The position numbers and the translations under genes are program-made. Positions 47,659 through 55,773 of a stretch of 58,910 nt of DNA are shown here, in pieces. The notes beneath the pieces were generated by a model. The model was not told where the DNA came from. It made no database searches and saw only the letters and a list, made by a program, of their open reading frames with translations. Each line of letters opens with the position of its first letter. Position 1 is the stretch's first letter. Origin of the DNA: a virus; the IMG/VR virus record IMGVR_UViG_3300017694_000001, positions 1 to 58,910 of that record, one strand, 5' to 3'.

Positions 47659-50600
47659 ATGTCTACCACGCTCGGCGACTTGGCCGTACTTATTGGGGCC
47701 GAGGTAAACGAAGCCGGCTTTAATCGGGCCGTGGCGGCTATTGGGGGCATTGAAACGGCCGCCGCTAGCGCTGCCAACGGCGCTTCTGCCTCAATGGGGC
47801 AAATCGGTACAGCGGTTGACAAATCAGCCCAACGGATTACGGATGCTAGCGGCCGCATCCGTGATGGTTATGGCAAGTTTGTTTCTGCCAGCCAGCTAGC
47901 TGCTGAAGCTGCTGGCAATGTCGGCGGCAGCCTTGGCAATCTGAGTGACGTAGCCAGCCGAGCAAGCACCAGCATCAACGGCGGGCTGGTTTCATCGTTC
48001 GCAGCCTTTGACAGGGCCGTAAAGCCGCTAAATGAAGGCATTGGCCGCTTGGGGGAAGGTCTGAAAACGGCAGGCGGCAATCTTACTACTTACGTAACTC
48101 TGCCATTAGCCGGCCTTGCTACCGGGGCAATTATTGCCGCCGCTAAAGTCGATAGCCTCACCCGGGGCCTGCAAGCCGTTACGCAGCAGCAGTTAGGCGA
48201 GCAGGGCGTAACCGGATTGCAAGGCATTGCACAGGCCGCCGCTGACACACAGAATCGCCTAAAAGAACTCCGGGAAGTAGCCAAGTTGCCAGGCTTAGGC
48301 TTTACAGAAGCCATTCAGGGCGATATACGGCTGCGCGCCGTGGGGCTCAGCGCAGACCTCTCAAAGCGGGCGCTGCTTGCGTTCGGCAACGCCATTGCCA
48401 CCACTGGAGGCGGCAAAAGCGAATTAGACCGAGTGACAGTGCAGCTAGGCCAGCTGTCGGCCAAGGGCAAGGTGTTGGCGCAGGATTTACGACCCATTAT
48501 TGAGGCCGCACCAAGCGTAGCCACAGCCTTGCGCAAGCTTTACGACACAGTAGACAGCGAAACCATCAGCAAGTCGCTGCAGGCTCAGGGCAAAAGCAGC
48601 ACCGACTTTATCGCTACACTGACCGATGAGCTAGCCAAGCTACCGAAAGTAACTGGCGGGCTGGCTATCGCGGGCGAGAATATCAGTGACAGTTTGACGT
48701 TGGCCGGCTCTAAGGTCGGTCTCATCGCCGACAAGCTATTTGACCTCTCAGGCGTTGCCAACCGAGCAGGCGAGTTCATCGAAGGGCTGGCGGATAAATT
48801 CGCCGCGCTCGACCCTGGGACCCAAAAGCTGATTTTTGGTTTTGCTGGTATCGCCGCCGCCGCTGGCCCTATACTTATCGCCGTGGGGAGTATTGGGGCT
48901 GCCCTGCCCGCCGTAATTGCTGGTTTTGAGGCGTTAGGCGGCGCGTTAGAGGTATTGGGGGCGGGCCTAACATTGGCAACAGGCCCCGTTGGGTTAGCAG
49001 TGGCCGCGCTGGCCGCACTGGCAGCAGGCACCTACTACGTGGCAACAGCTAATAGCCGGGCCTACGATAGCTATTTAGAGCAAGCAGAGGCAACGCGCAA
49101 GCTAACGTCGGAAGTTAGCCCACTGCTTGGCCGCTACGACCAACTGCGGGCAAAATCTATCCTCACCACTGCCGAGCAAGCCGAATTAAAGGCCATCATC
49201 GAAAAGGTAACGGCCGCTATGCCTGCCGCTGGGCAAGGGTTAGATAACTACGGCAACTATTTGGGGCTGGCAACGGGCAAGGCGCGTGAGCTAATTGCAG
49301 CTAACCAGGGGCTTGAAAAGGCCATTGCTCTAAAAAGCCTACCGGCGCAGCAGCAAAAGCTAGCCGACCTTGAAAAGCAATATGCGAACCTTATTCGGAT
49401 TCGGGACGGGTTCAATGCCACTGGACAGTTCAGGTATAATGCTGACGATAAAACGGGGTATGCGCCAGGTACAAAAGAGCTTATCGAGTTTCGGGGCCAA
49501 CTCGAAAGCGTAAGCGCGTCTCTATCCGCACAGCAAAAAATAGTAGCTCAGCTAGGTGGTACAGTGAATGGCACAAATAAGGATTATACCTTATTTAATG
49601 AGACTTATAAAAAGTTTCAGGCCAACTTCTACGCCCAAAACGGAGGCGCTACAGTGCAGCTTGGTTTGCTTGAGGCGCTACGCATTAAGCTAAAAGATGT
49701 TACCGACCAACGCGAGTTAGAAACGACTAGGAAGGCTGTTTTTGCAGACAATAAGCTGATTGATAGCTATAAGAAACAAATAGCCGAGCTTGAGGGGGTA
49801 GATAAGGCAGGACAAAAGGCTTTTGATGCAATCGCAAAATTGCGGCTTGAGCTTAGCCGCCTGACCGCGCTAGATAAGTTACTAGGCGACGCACCTAGCC
49901 AGATTGAGGTGCTTGACCGCCGCAGCGCGGCGTTAACCCAGGGGCTTAAAATGCTAGTGGATAACGGCGTTAGCACAAGCTCCAAAGCATTTCAGGGCTT
50001 CGCTGGTGACTTAGTGCGCACAAGCCAAGCAGCGGATAAATTGAAAGGCGCGGTTGGGGGGATAGGTAGTACCCAGGCGAAGCTTACCGGGCTGCTGCCC
50101 ACTACGATAGGCGACACACTACCTAAAGATGTGGCTCGGCTATTAGGGGAGTATGCCAATAAGCCGATTGAGTTGCCATTGCACCTTGAAATAAAACCGA
50201 TTATTAATCCTAGCTTCAAAGGCACATTAGCCGATGGGCTGCTGGATGCGGCGAAGGCTGTAGGATTCAATACGGCAGGGCTCGGAGAGCCACTTGCCAA
50301 GTATGGCAAAGCCATACGCGACACAAACCAAGTTGCTTTGTCATTTGGTGGTACTTTGGGTGCGCTATTCAATGGCTTTGATGCCGGGAATGCAAAGGTG
50401 CAGGCTGCACGCGAATATTTGCAGGACTTGCGCGAGCGGGGCTATGGACCACTAAGCCCAGAGGTTCAAAAGGCGACCAAAGACCTGCGCGCTTATCAAA
50501 CAGAATCGGATAATGCAAAACTGCTTACTGATACGCTGTCTAATGGCTTTGGCTCTTTGGGTGATAGCATTGGTGGTGCTTTAGGCAATGGCTCGGATGT

Positions 50601-50967
50601 GCTGGCCGCCGCACTCAGCGGATTAATTGACGTGCTAGCTGATTATGCCTCGAAAAAGGGCAAATTGTTAATAGCAGACGGCCTTGCAGAGGTGCTTCTC
50701 CCAGGCGGGCAAACGCTTGGAGCGTTGAAAATCGCAGCGGGCACCGGCCTACTTATAGCTAGTGGCGTGGCGCGTGCAGGCGCAGCTTCTCTTCGAGGGG
50801 GTGCGGGAAGCTCGCTAGCTTCTCAGCCTCAAACAAATTATAACAGCACGACTGGCTTAAATCAGCAAAAATTGCAGATTGTAGTCACTGGAGAAATAAA
50901 GGGCCGCGGCCAAGACTTAGTGGCTGTGCTTCGAAGCCAGCAATATCGTAGCGAGCGCACTCTATAA
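47659..50967 (+). CDS. Tape measure protein
   Basis: 1102 aa, Ala/Gly/Leu-rich with hydrophobic central segments. It is the largest gene downstream of the chaperone pair. Confidence 0.9.
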   Translation: MSTTLGDLAVLIGAEVNEAGFNRAVAAIGGIETAAASAANGASASMGQIGTAVDKSAQRITDASGRIRDGYGKFVSASQLAAEAAGNVGGSLGNLSDVASRASTSINGGLVSSFAAFDRAVKPLNEGIGRLGEGLKTAGGNLTTYVTLPLAGLATGAIIAAAKVDSLTRGLQAVTQQQLGEQGVTGLQGIAQAAADTQNRLKELREVAKLPGLGFTEAIQGDIRLRAVGLSADLSKRALLAFGNAIATTGGGKSELDRVTVQLGQLSAKGKVLAQDLRPIIEAAPSVATALRKLYDTVDSETISKSLQAQGKSSTDFIATLTDELAKLPKVTGGLAIAGENISDSLTLAGSKVGLIADKLFDLSGVANRAGEFIEGLADKFAALDPGTQKLIFGFAGIAAAAGPILIAVGSIGAALPAVIAGFEALGGALEVLGAGLTLATGPVGLAVAALAALAAGTYYVATANSRAYDSYLEQAEATRKLTSEVSPLLGRYDQLRAKSILTTAEQAELKAIIEKVTAAMPAAGQGLDNYGNYLGLATGKARELIAANQGLEKAIALKSLPAQQQKLADLEKQYANLIRIRDGFNATGQFRYNADDKTGYAPGTKELIEFRGQLESVSASLSAQQKIVAQLGGTVNGTNKDYTLFNETYKKFQANFYAQNGGATVQLGLLEALRIKLKDVTDQRELETTRKAVFADNKLIDSYKKQIAELEGVDKAGQKAFDAIAKLRLELSRLTALDKLLGDAPSQIEVLDRRSAALTQGLKMLVDNGVSTSSKAFQGFAGDLVRTSQAADKLKGAVGGIGSTQAKLTGLLPTTIGDTLPKDVARLLGEYANKPIELPLHLEIKPIINPSFKGTLADGLLDAAKAVGFNTAGLGEPLAKYGKAIRDTNQVALSFGGTLGALFNGFDAGNAKVQAAREYLQDLRERGYGPLSPEVQKATKDLRAYQTESDNAKLLTDTLSNGFGSLGDSIGGALGNGSDVLAAALSGLIDVLADYASKKGKLLIADGLAEVLLPGGQTLGALKIAAGTGLLIASGVARAGAASLRGGAGSSLASQPQTNYNSTTGLNQQKLQIVVTGEIKGRGQDLVAVLRSQQYRSERTL

Positions 50968-50969
50968 GG

Positions 50970-51449
50970 CTATTTGTAGCCAATATTACACCCTGCAAAG
51001 GATTTCGTGGCAATAGACTGTAATTCAGACCAGGCTATGCCTACAGGCCCGCTGCTTTGGCCAGGATAGAGGACAGGCAATATTCTGTCCTGAATATTTG
51101 CCATTTGTGTCACGGCTGAGTTCCAAGTAAAAGTGCCGCGATAAGTAATATCGCTACCAGCGGCGGTTGGCACGATAGAAAACTGACAAGTCAGATAAAC
51201 CCCATTTTTTAGTGGCTTGGGCATACTGCTCACAAATAGCAGTTCTTTATCAGACTTATTTATAGCGCATCCTGCGGCCAATAGGCCAGCCCCTGCTTTT
51301 TTATAAGCAATGTTGGCGCTATCGGTTGTGTGTATAATTATTGAGCCTGCCCGCTTGGGCGGAACGGATAATTCAGGTCCCTCATAAGCTTTCTGCGCGA
51401 TACTTGGTGACCCAGAAAGTAGCAACCCAGCCAGTAGTAGCGTTTTCAT
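50970..51449 (-). CDS. Secreted protein (moron)
   Basis: 159 aa with a cleavable-looking signal (MKTLLLAGLLLSGSPSIAQ). Opposite strand inside the tail operon. Visibly more A/T-rich than its surroundings. Confidence 0.65.
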   Translation of the reverse strand: MKTLLLAGLLLSGSPSIAQKAYEGPELSVPPKRAGSIIIHTTDSANIAYKKAGAGLLAAGCAINKSDKELLFVSSMPKPLKNGVYLTCQFSIVPTAAGSDITYRGTFTWNSAVTQMANIQDRILPVLYPGQSSGPVGIAWSELQSIATKSFAGCNIGYK

Positions 51450-51461
51450 GCCTCCAAGCTA

Positions 51462-51496
51462 CGAAAAAGCCCCGACTCAATGCGAGTCGGGGCTTT
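51462..51496 (-). terminator. Rho-independent terminator (13-bp stem)
   Basis: AAAGCCCCGACTC (51466..51478) pairs with GAGTCGGGGCTTT (51484..51496). A T-run follows on the minus strand. Confidence 0.75.
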
Positions 51497-51501
51497 GAAT
51501 A

Positions 51502-51666
51502 TTAACAGCCGCAGCCTTTACCAGTTGTCCACGTGCAGCCATTCAGGCCACAATCAGATTTATTGTACTTACTGCACCCGCATTTACTAGTTGAAGGGCT
51601 TGGGTCGCCCCCGGTGCCGCAGGCGGAGAGTGCGGTAATAGTCAGGGCAAGAAAAAGTTTGCGCAT
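51502..51666 (-). CDS. Small Cys-rich lipoprotein (54 aa; moron)
   Basis: From the ATG at 51666: MRKLFLALTITALSAC (lipobox-like) followed by GTGGDPSPSTSKCGCSKYNKSDCGLNGCTWTTGKGCGC. The track ORF extends to a TTG at 51693. Confidence 0.55.
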   Translation of the reverse strand: MRKLFLALTITALSACGTGGDPSPSTSKCGCSKYNKSDCGLNGCTWTTGKGCGC

Positions 51667-51715
51667 AGAGATGAAGGGTAAGTGAGCTAGCAATATAGCA
51701 CTCTCGCCGCAAACC

Positions 51716-51786
51716 CTACGGGAGTTGTAGCGCGGTTGTCGGCCCGCGCCCCCTGCCTACCTCCCTAAAGCGGCCAAATTTGAGGC
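51716..51786 (+). promoter_or_regulatory. Late leader module, copy 3
   Basis: Exact 21-mer at 51716..51736. Box AAATTTG at 51776..51782. The GTG at 51787 is 71 nt from the motif start. Confidence 0.7.
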
Positions 51787-54700
51787 GTGGCCCTCATTCT
51801 TCTCCGTGAGCAATTCATTACCAACGCCGCTGGCGCGGTGGCCCCGTTTACCAAAGTTTCCGAGTTCTACGACGACGTAGACCGCAAGCCCTACACCACC
51901 CAGGCCGACGCGCAGACCAACACGCCGCGCTTCGAGATGGTGAAAGACGCCTCGTTTTCGCAGTTCGCCTACGCGCCGGGGAAAACGATGACCGTCTACT
52001 ACGACGGCAACGGCAGCTGGTACACCCGGAAAACGGCGGGTGTCATTCTCAACAACCTCAACGTCAAACTGGGCTTGCTGCCGGCCTACGTCAGCGCGTC
52101 GGGCGCTTCGGATGCGTGCGTGGATATTACCGGGCAGTACGGCCAGCCGCCCTACCGCATTACCCTGACGGGCTCGACGGGCGCCGCCGCTGGCTACTCC
52201 CGGACGGCAACCAGCGTCTCGGAGCTATTCCCGCAGCGGTTTTACAACCTGCCCGATGGCCAGTACGGGGTAGTCGTAACGGACGCGCTCAATCGTACGG
52301 ACGTGGATACGCTGACGGTGGGCGTGGACTCGGGGAAGGGCCGGGCTACCTTGCTCTACGAGAATGCCACGGCAGTTGTGACGGCCACCATTCAATGGAG
52401 CTACAACGCCCTGGGGCTGGTGCTCTACAACTACAACGGCAAGGCCCCGAGCACCTACACTGCCCCGGCTGGGACGCTCATTGACGGCTACCTCGTCAAC
52501 AATGGCGCAACCTGGCGGCGGGCCTATGCCAAGGGCACGACGCCTAGCGGCAATTTCACGGTGAATGACTTCATTTACTTTGAAGACACCCCCACCGCGC
52601 AGGATAGCCGCCTGAGCCTGCACAACCTCATTTACTTCCACCCCGACACGCCGGCCGAACAAAACGGCGGCATCGTAGTGGAAATGACTTATTCGCACGG
52701 CCCCCTGGCCTACGTGCTGACCGGCACCGTGGCAGGCTCGCCTATTCCATCCGTCACGAACGCCACGGGCCTGTTCGACGGGCTGGCGGCCGGCAGCTAC
52801 GACGTAACCATAACAGACACGCAAGGCAAGGTGCTGGTAGTGCCAGTGCTGCTGCAAAACCGTTACGGCAAGCGCTGGCAGTTGGACTACGACGACCTGT
52901 ATAGCACCCCCCTGCGGCTGGAGCTGTGGCAGCGAGGCTACACCGGCGCGGCGGATGATTTATGCCTGGCCGGCACGCCGGTCGAATACAGCTCGGATGG
53001 CCTGAACAGCGCGCTTGGCGGCCAGGGTGACATTCCGCCAGTCATCGGCTCGGAAGTAAAGCTGAATTTCCTGGTGGATACCGATTTGTTCGAGCCAGTC
53101 ATTACCAGCTCGTTCACCGACCGCTTTTTGCGGGCGGATATCTACTACAACAACCTGTTGGAGTGGCGGGGCTTCGTGCGGCCTGACTCCTACGACGCAC
53201 CGCTGCTGTCCGGCCCCCAGGCGGTGAGCTTGACGGCCACCGATGGCCTGGCTGCGCTGAAGGACACGTTCATGACCGGCCACGAGGGCCAGCGCCTGAT
53301 AGGCCACCGGCAGGTGCTCTACACCATCCTGCACTGCCTGAGCCGCACGGACGTAGCACTTGGTTTGCAAATATTTGTGAACCGGCGCGAGCTTTCGATG
53401 GATTCGACGGAGGCACCGGAGCTATCGGCCACCACCAACCGGACTGGTTATTGGAAAGAAGATAGTAACGAGCCAATTGACCAGCGCCAGGTACTCGACA
53501 GCGTGGTACAGCTGCTAGGCGGCACCCTAGTGCAACGGGAAGGCACCTGGCAAATCCGCAGCGCGCTCGAAGCTTCCCGCCGCGCCCCCGGCCGCCGCTA
53601 CAAGCCGGCTGGCACGCCGTTGCCCGCCCGCATCGCGCCCGCCCCGCTGGCAGCCATTGAGCCACCGGGCTTCAAGCGTCTCTACTGGCTCAATGCCAGC
53701 CAATACAAGAACGTGCGGGCCGGGTGGAAGTCACTCACGGGCAAAACCGATACCGGCTGGCTCGAAAACGCCTACGTGCCGGGGAAGGCCTTTTCCGACC
53801 GCTACGCCTGGCTGGGTAATGGAACTGGTACGCTACGGCCGGTTAGCGGCTGGCGGCCGGTCGTGGGCCAGCCGTTCCCGCTCACGCTGGTTTCGTCCGG
53901 GGCGAAAGGCAAGGATTATACCACCCGTTGGCCCCGTAGCCTGACGGGCTCGTCCTACCAAGCCACGCCCGTGCTATTAGGCCCGCCCCTGCCCCTGGCT
54001 GCTGGGTTGGAAGCGGTGCCCGCTACGCTGCAAGTCAAGGGCAATTTCGTGCCGGCTGAATACTACGTGGATGGGGACGGGCAAACCGTCATAGCCCCGA
54101 CCAACGGCCAAAAGGCGATTTTAGGGTACGAAGTAGTGGTGGATGGCCGGGGGGCCGGGGTGCAGTTCGTGGAATTCGCGCTCGGCAAGGGCGAGGAAGA
54201 CAAGGATATAACAGCCAGCGCGCCCTTATCCCCGCTCCCTAGCGGCACCGTAGCGGCCGAGATGCGGCTTTACACCTGGTATTCCGCAAACACGCAGTTG
54301 CTGACCAATTCGCCGCGGCTGCTTGTGCCCGGCACGCAGATTTTCAAAAAGGGGGAGACGCTGAAGTACGATTTCGGCACCGGCACCGACCGGCTGTTCG
54401 TGGCGCGTAAGGATACCACCATCGCGCAGGCCAGCGGCGTGTTCGCGGCCGGCATCTGGCCGGAGTACTTCGCGGAGCTGACGGCCACCAACGCCGCGCT
54501 GGGGAGTTTCTACCTGAGCGAAGTAGGCGTGCAGCTTACGCCGCAAAATGCCACCTGGGAAGGGGAAGACTACTTCCGCGCCGATGGCCCGGCCGGCAAC
54601 ATCCGGCCAACCGAAGAGCTGGAGGTGTTCCACGCCGACCCGCCCCGGCAGGCCGGCTTGTTCAGCGGCAACCTCTACGCCTTCGCCAAAGCAACCGGGC

Positions 54701-55125
54701 TGGTAGATGGCACCATTCCGACCAGTTGGGCCCGCAGCGTAGACTTGCTGCCTTCGCCGCTGTTTGAAAGCAACGTGCTCGATGGCATAGCCCTGCGCGC
54801 CAACCCCTCGCGCCTGGTGGTGGGGGATTTGCACTACGAAAACAAGCTACCCCCGCGCCTGCTCGATACCCTTGATGCGCCCTATGATGGCCGCTTGGCG
54901 GGGCGGCGCTTCCTGGTAATTGCGGTTTCGCCTTGGGACATGAAAGCGGCCACGGCCTCCGTTTCGCTCGTGGAAATCGGCAGGGGGCAAGGCGCGCTCA
55001 ATCCGTTTATGCTACTGCCGACCGGGGCCCGGGCGCTTCATAACTCCTACCCGTACCTGCCCGGTCAGTACGCCCGCTACGCCCGCACAGTTCACGGCGG
55101 CGGGGTGCGGGTGGTGCAGCAGTAA
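51787..55125 (+). CDS. Large distal-tail protein (baseplate hub / host-specificity-like)
   Basis: 1112 aa with GTG start. It is the first structural gene after the tape measure and moron. No specific family recognised. Confidence 0.55.
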   Translation: MALILLREQFITNAAGAVAPFTKVSEFYDDVDRKPYTTQADAQTNTPRFEMVKDASFSQFAYAPGKTMTVYYDGNGSWYTRKTAGVILNNLNVKLGLLPAYVSASGASDACVDITGQYGQPPYRITLTGSTGAAAGYSRTATSVSELFPQRFYNLPDGQYGVVVTDALNRTDVDTLTVGVDSGKGRATLLYENATAVVTATIQWSYNALGLVLYNYNGKAPSTYTAPAGTLIDGYLVNNGATWRRAYAKGTTPSGNFTVNDFIYFEDTPTAQDSRLSLHNLIYFHPDTPAEQNGGIVVEMTYSHGPLAYVLTGTVAGSPIPSVTNATGLFDGLAAGSYDVTITDTQGKVLVVPVLLQNRYGKRWQLDYDDLYSTPLRLELWQRGYTGAADDLCLAGTPVEYSSDGLNSALGGQGDIPPVIGSEVKLNFLVDTDLFEPVITSSFTDRFLRADIYYNNLLEWRGFVRPDSYDAPLLSGPQAVSLTATDGLAALKDTFMTGHEGQRLIGHRQVLYTILHCLSRTDVALGLQIFVNRRELSMDSTEAPELSATTNRTGYWKEDSNEPIDQRQVLDSVVQLLGGTLVQREGTWQIRSALEASRRAPGRRYKPAGTPLPARIAPAPLAAIEPPGFKRLYWLNASQYKNVRAGWKSLTGKTDTGWLENAYVPGKAFSDRYAWLGNGTGTLRPVSGWRPVVGQPFPLTLVSSGAKGKDYTTRWPRSLTGSSYQATPVLLGPPLPLAAGLEAVPATLQVKGNFVPAEYYVDGDGQTVIAPTNGQKAILGYEVVVDGRGAGVQFVEFALGKGEEDKDITASAPLSPLPSGTVAAEMRLYTWYSANTQLLTNSPRLLVPGTQIFKKGETLKYDFGTGTDRLFVARKDTTIAQASGVFAAGIWPEYFAELTATNAALGSFYLSEVGVQLTPQNATWEGEDYFRADGPAGNIRPTEELEVFHADPPRQAGLFSGNLYAFAKATGLVDGTIPTSWARSVDLLPSPLFESNVLDGIALRANPSRLVVGDLHYENKLPPRLLDTLDAPYDGRLAGRRFLVIAVSPWDMKAATASVSLVEIGRGQGALNPFMLLPTGARALHNSYPYLPGQYARYARTVHGGGVRVVQQ

Positions 55126-55129
55126 GGCG

Positions 55130-55200
55130 CTACGGGAGTTGTAGCGCGGTTGTCGGCTGGTAGCTCCCGCCTGGGTAGGTTGGGGCCGGAATTTCGGGGC
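55130..55200 (+). promoter_or_regulatory. Late leader module, copy 4
   Basis: Exact 21-mer at 55130..55150, with flanks forming GCGCTAC-N7-GTAGCGC. Box GAATTTC at 55189..55195. The ATG at 55201 is 71 nt from the motif start. Confidence 0.7.
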
Positions 55201-55773
55201 ATGGCTCTTCTACCACCGCAGACCAGCACCATCCCAGGCTACACCATTAGCAGCCTGCCGCCTGTCGTAACGCCCGCCACCGAGCTGCCGGGCGGCCTGC
55301 ACGAGGTAGAGGTGCCAGTTGGCAATGGCGACTACGAAAATCGGCAGATTACTACGGAGCAACTGGCCGCTTATTTCGGTGGCACCCCCGGCGGCACCCC
55401 CGCCCTCTCCGAAGCCCTCTCCCTCACCGCTGCCCAGGCCCGCCCCAACGCCCAACACCCCAATCCACAGGTAATACCCGGCCTGCGCTACCTCATAAGC
55501 GGCAACTGGAACAACGGCACCCTCTCAGCCACCGTGCATGTAGATGGCCTTACCGCTACCTCCTACGCCCGAACAGGGTGGGTACTCGATGACAACGATG
55601 TATACCAGCTGGTCCGGGTGGATGTAGCCGCGGGCATGGTAGACACGGAAGAGCTACGGGGCTTGTGGGTGAAGCAGTACGGGGAGGTAGACCCGGTAAA
55701 CGGCACCGTTGATGTTTGGCTGGGGCCGGCTACCACCCCGAACGCCACTATTCGCGTGGTTGTGGCCCCATGA
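55201..55773 (+). CDS. Tail-associated hypothetical protein
   Basis: 190 aa from the ATG at 55201 (the track ORF starts at 55150, inside the leader module). ATGA coupling to the next gene. Confidence 0.55.
   Translation: MALLPPQTSTIPGYTISSLPPVVTPATELPGGLHEVEVPVGNGDYENRQITTEQLAAYFGGTPGGTPALSEALSLTAAQARPNAQHPNPQVIPGLRYLISGNWNNGTLSATVHVDGLTATSYARTGWVLDDNDVYQLVRVDVAAGMVDTEELRGLWVKQYGEVDPVNGTVDVWLGPATTPNATIRVVVAP

Noticed and set aside
47659-50967. A diversity-generating retroelement, retron, or other RT-based system acting on the repetitive tail genes.
   Set aside because: No reverse-transcriptase motifs were seen in any frame, and no template/variable repeat pair was noticed.
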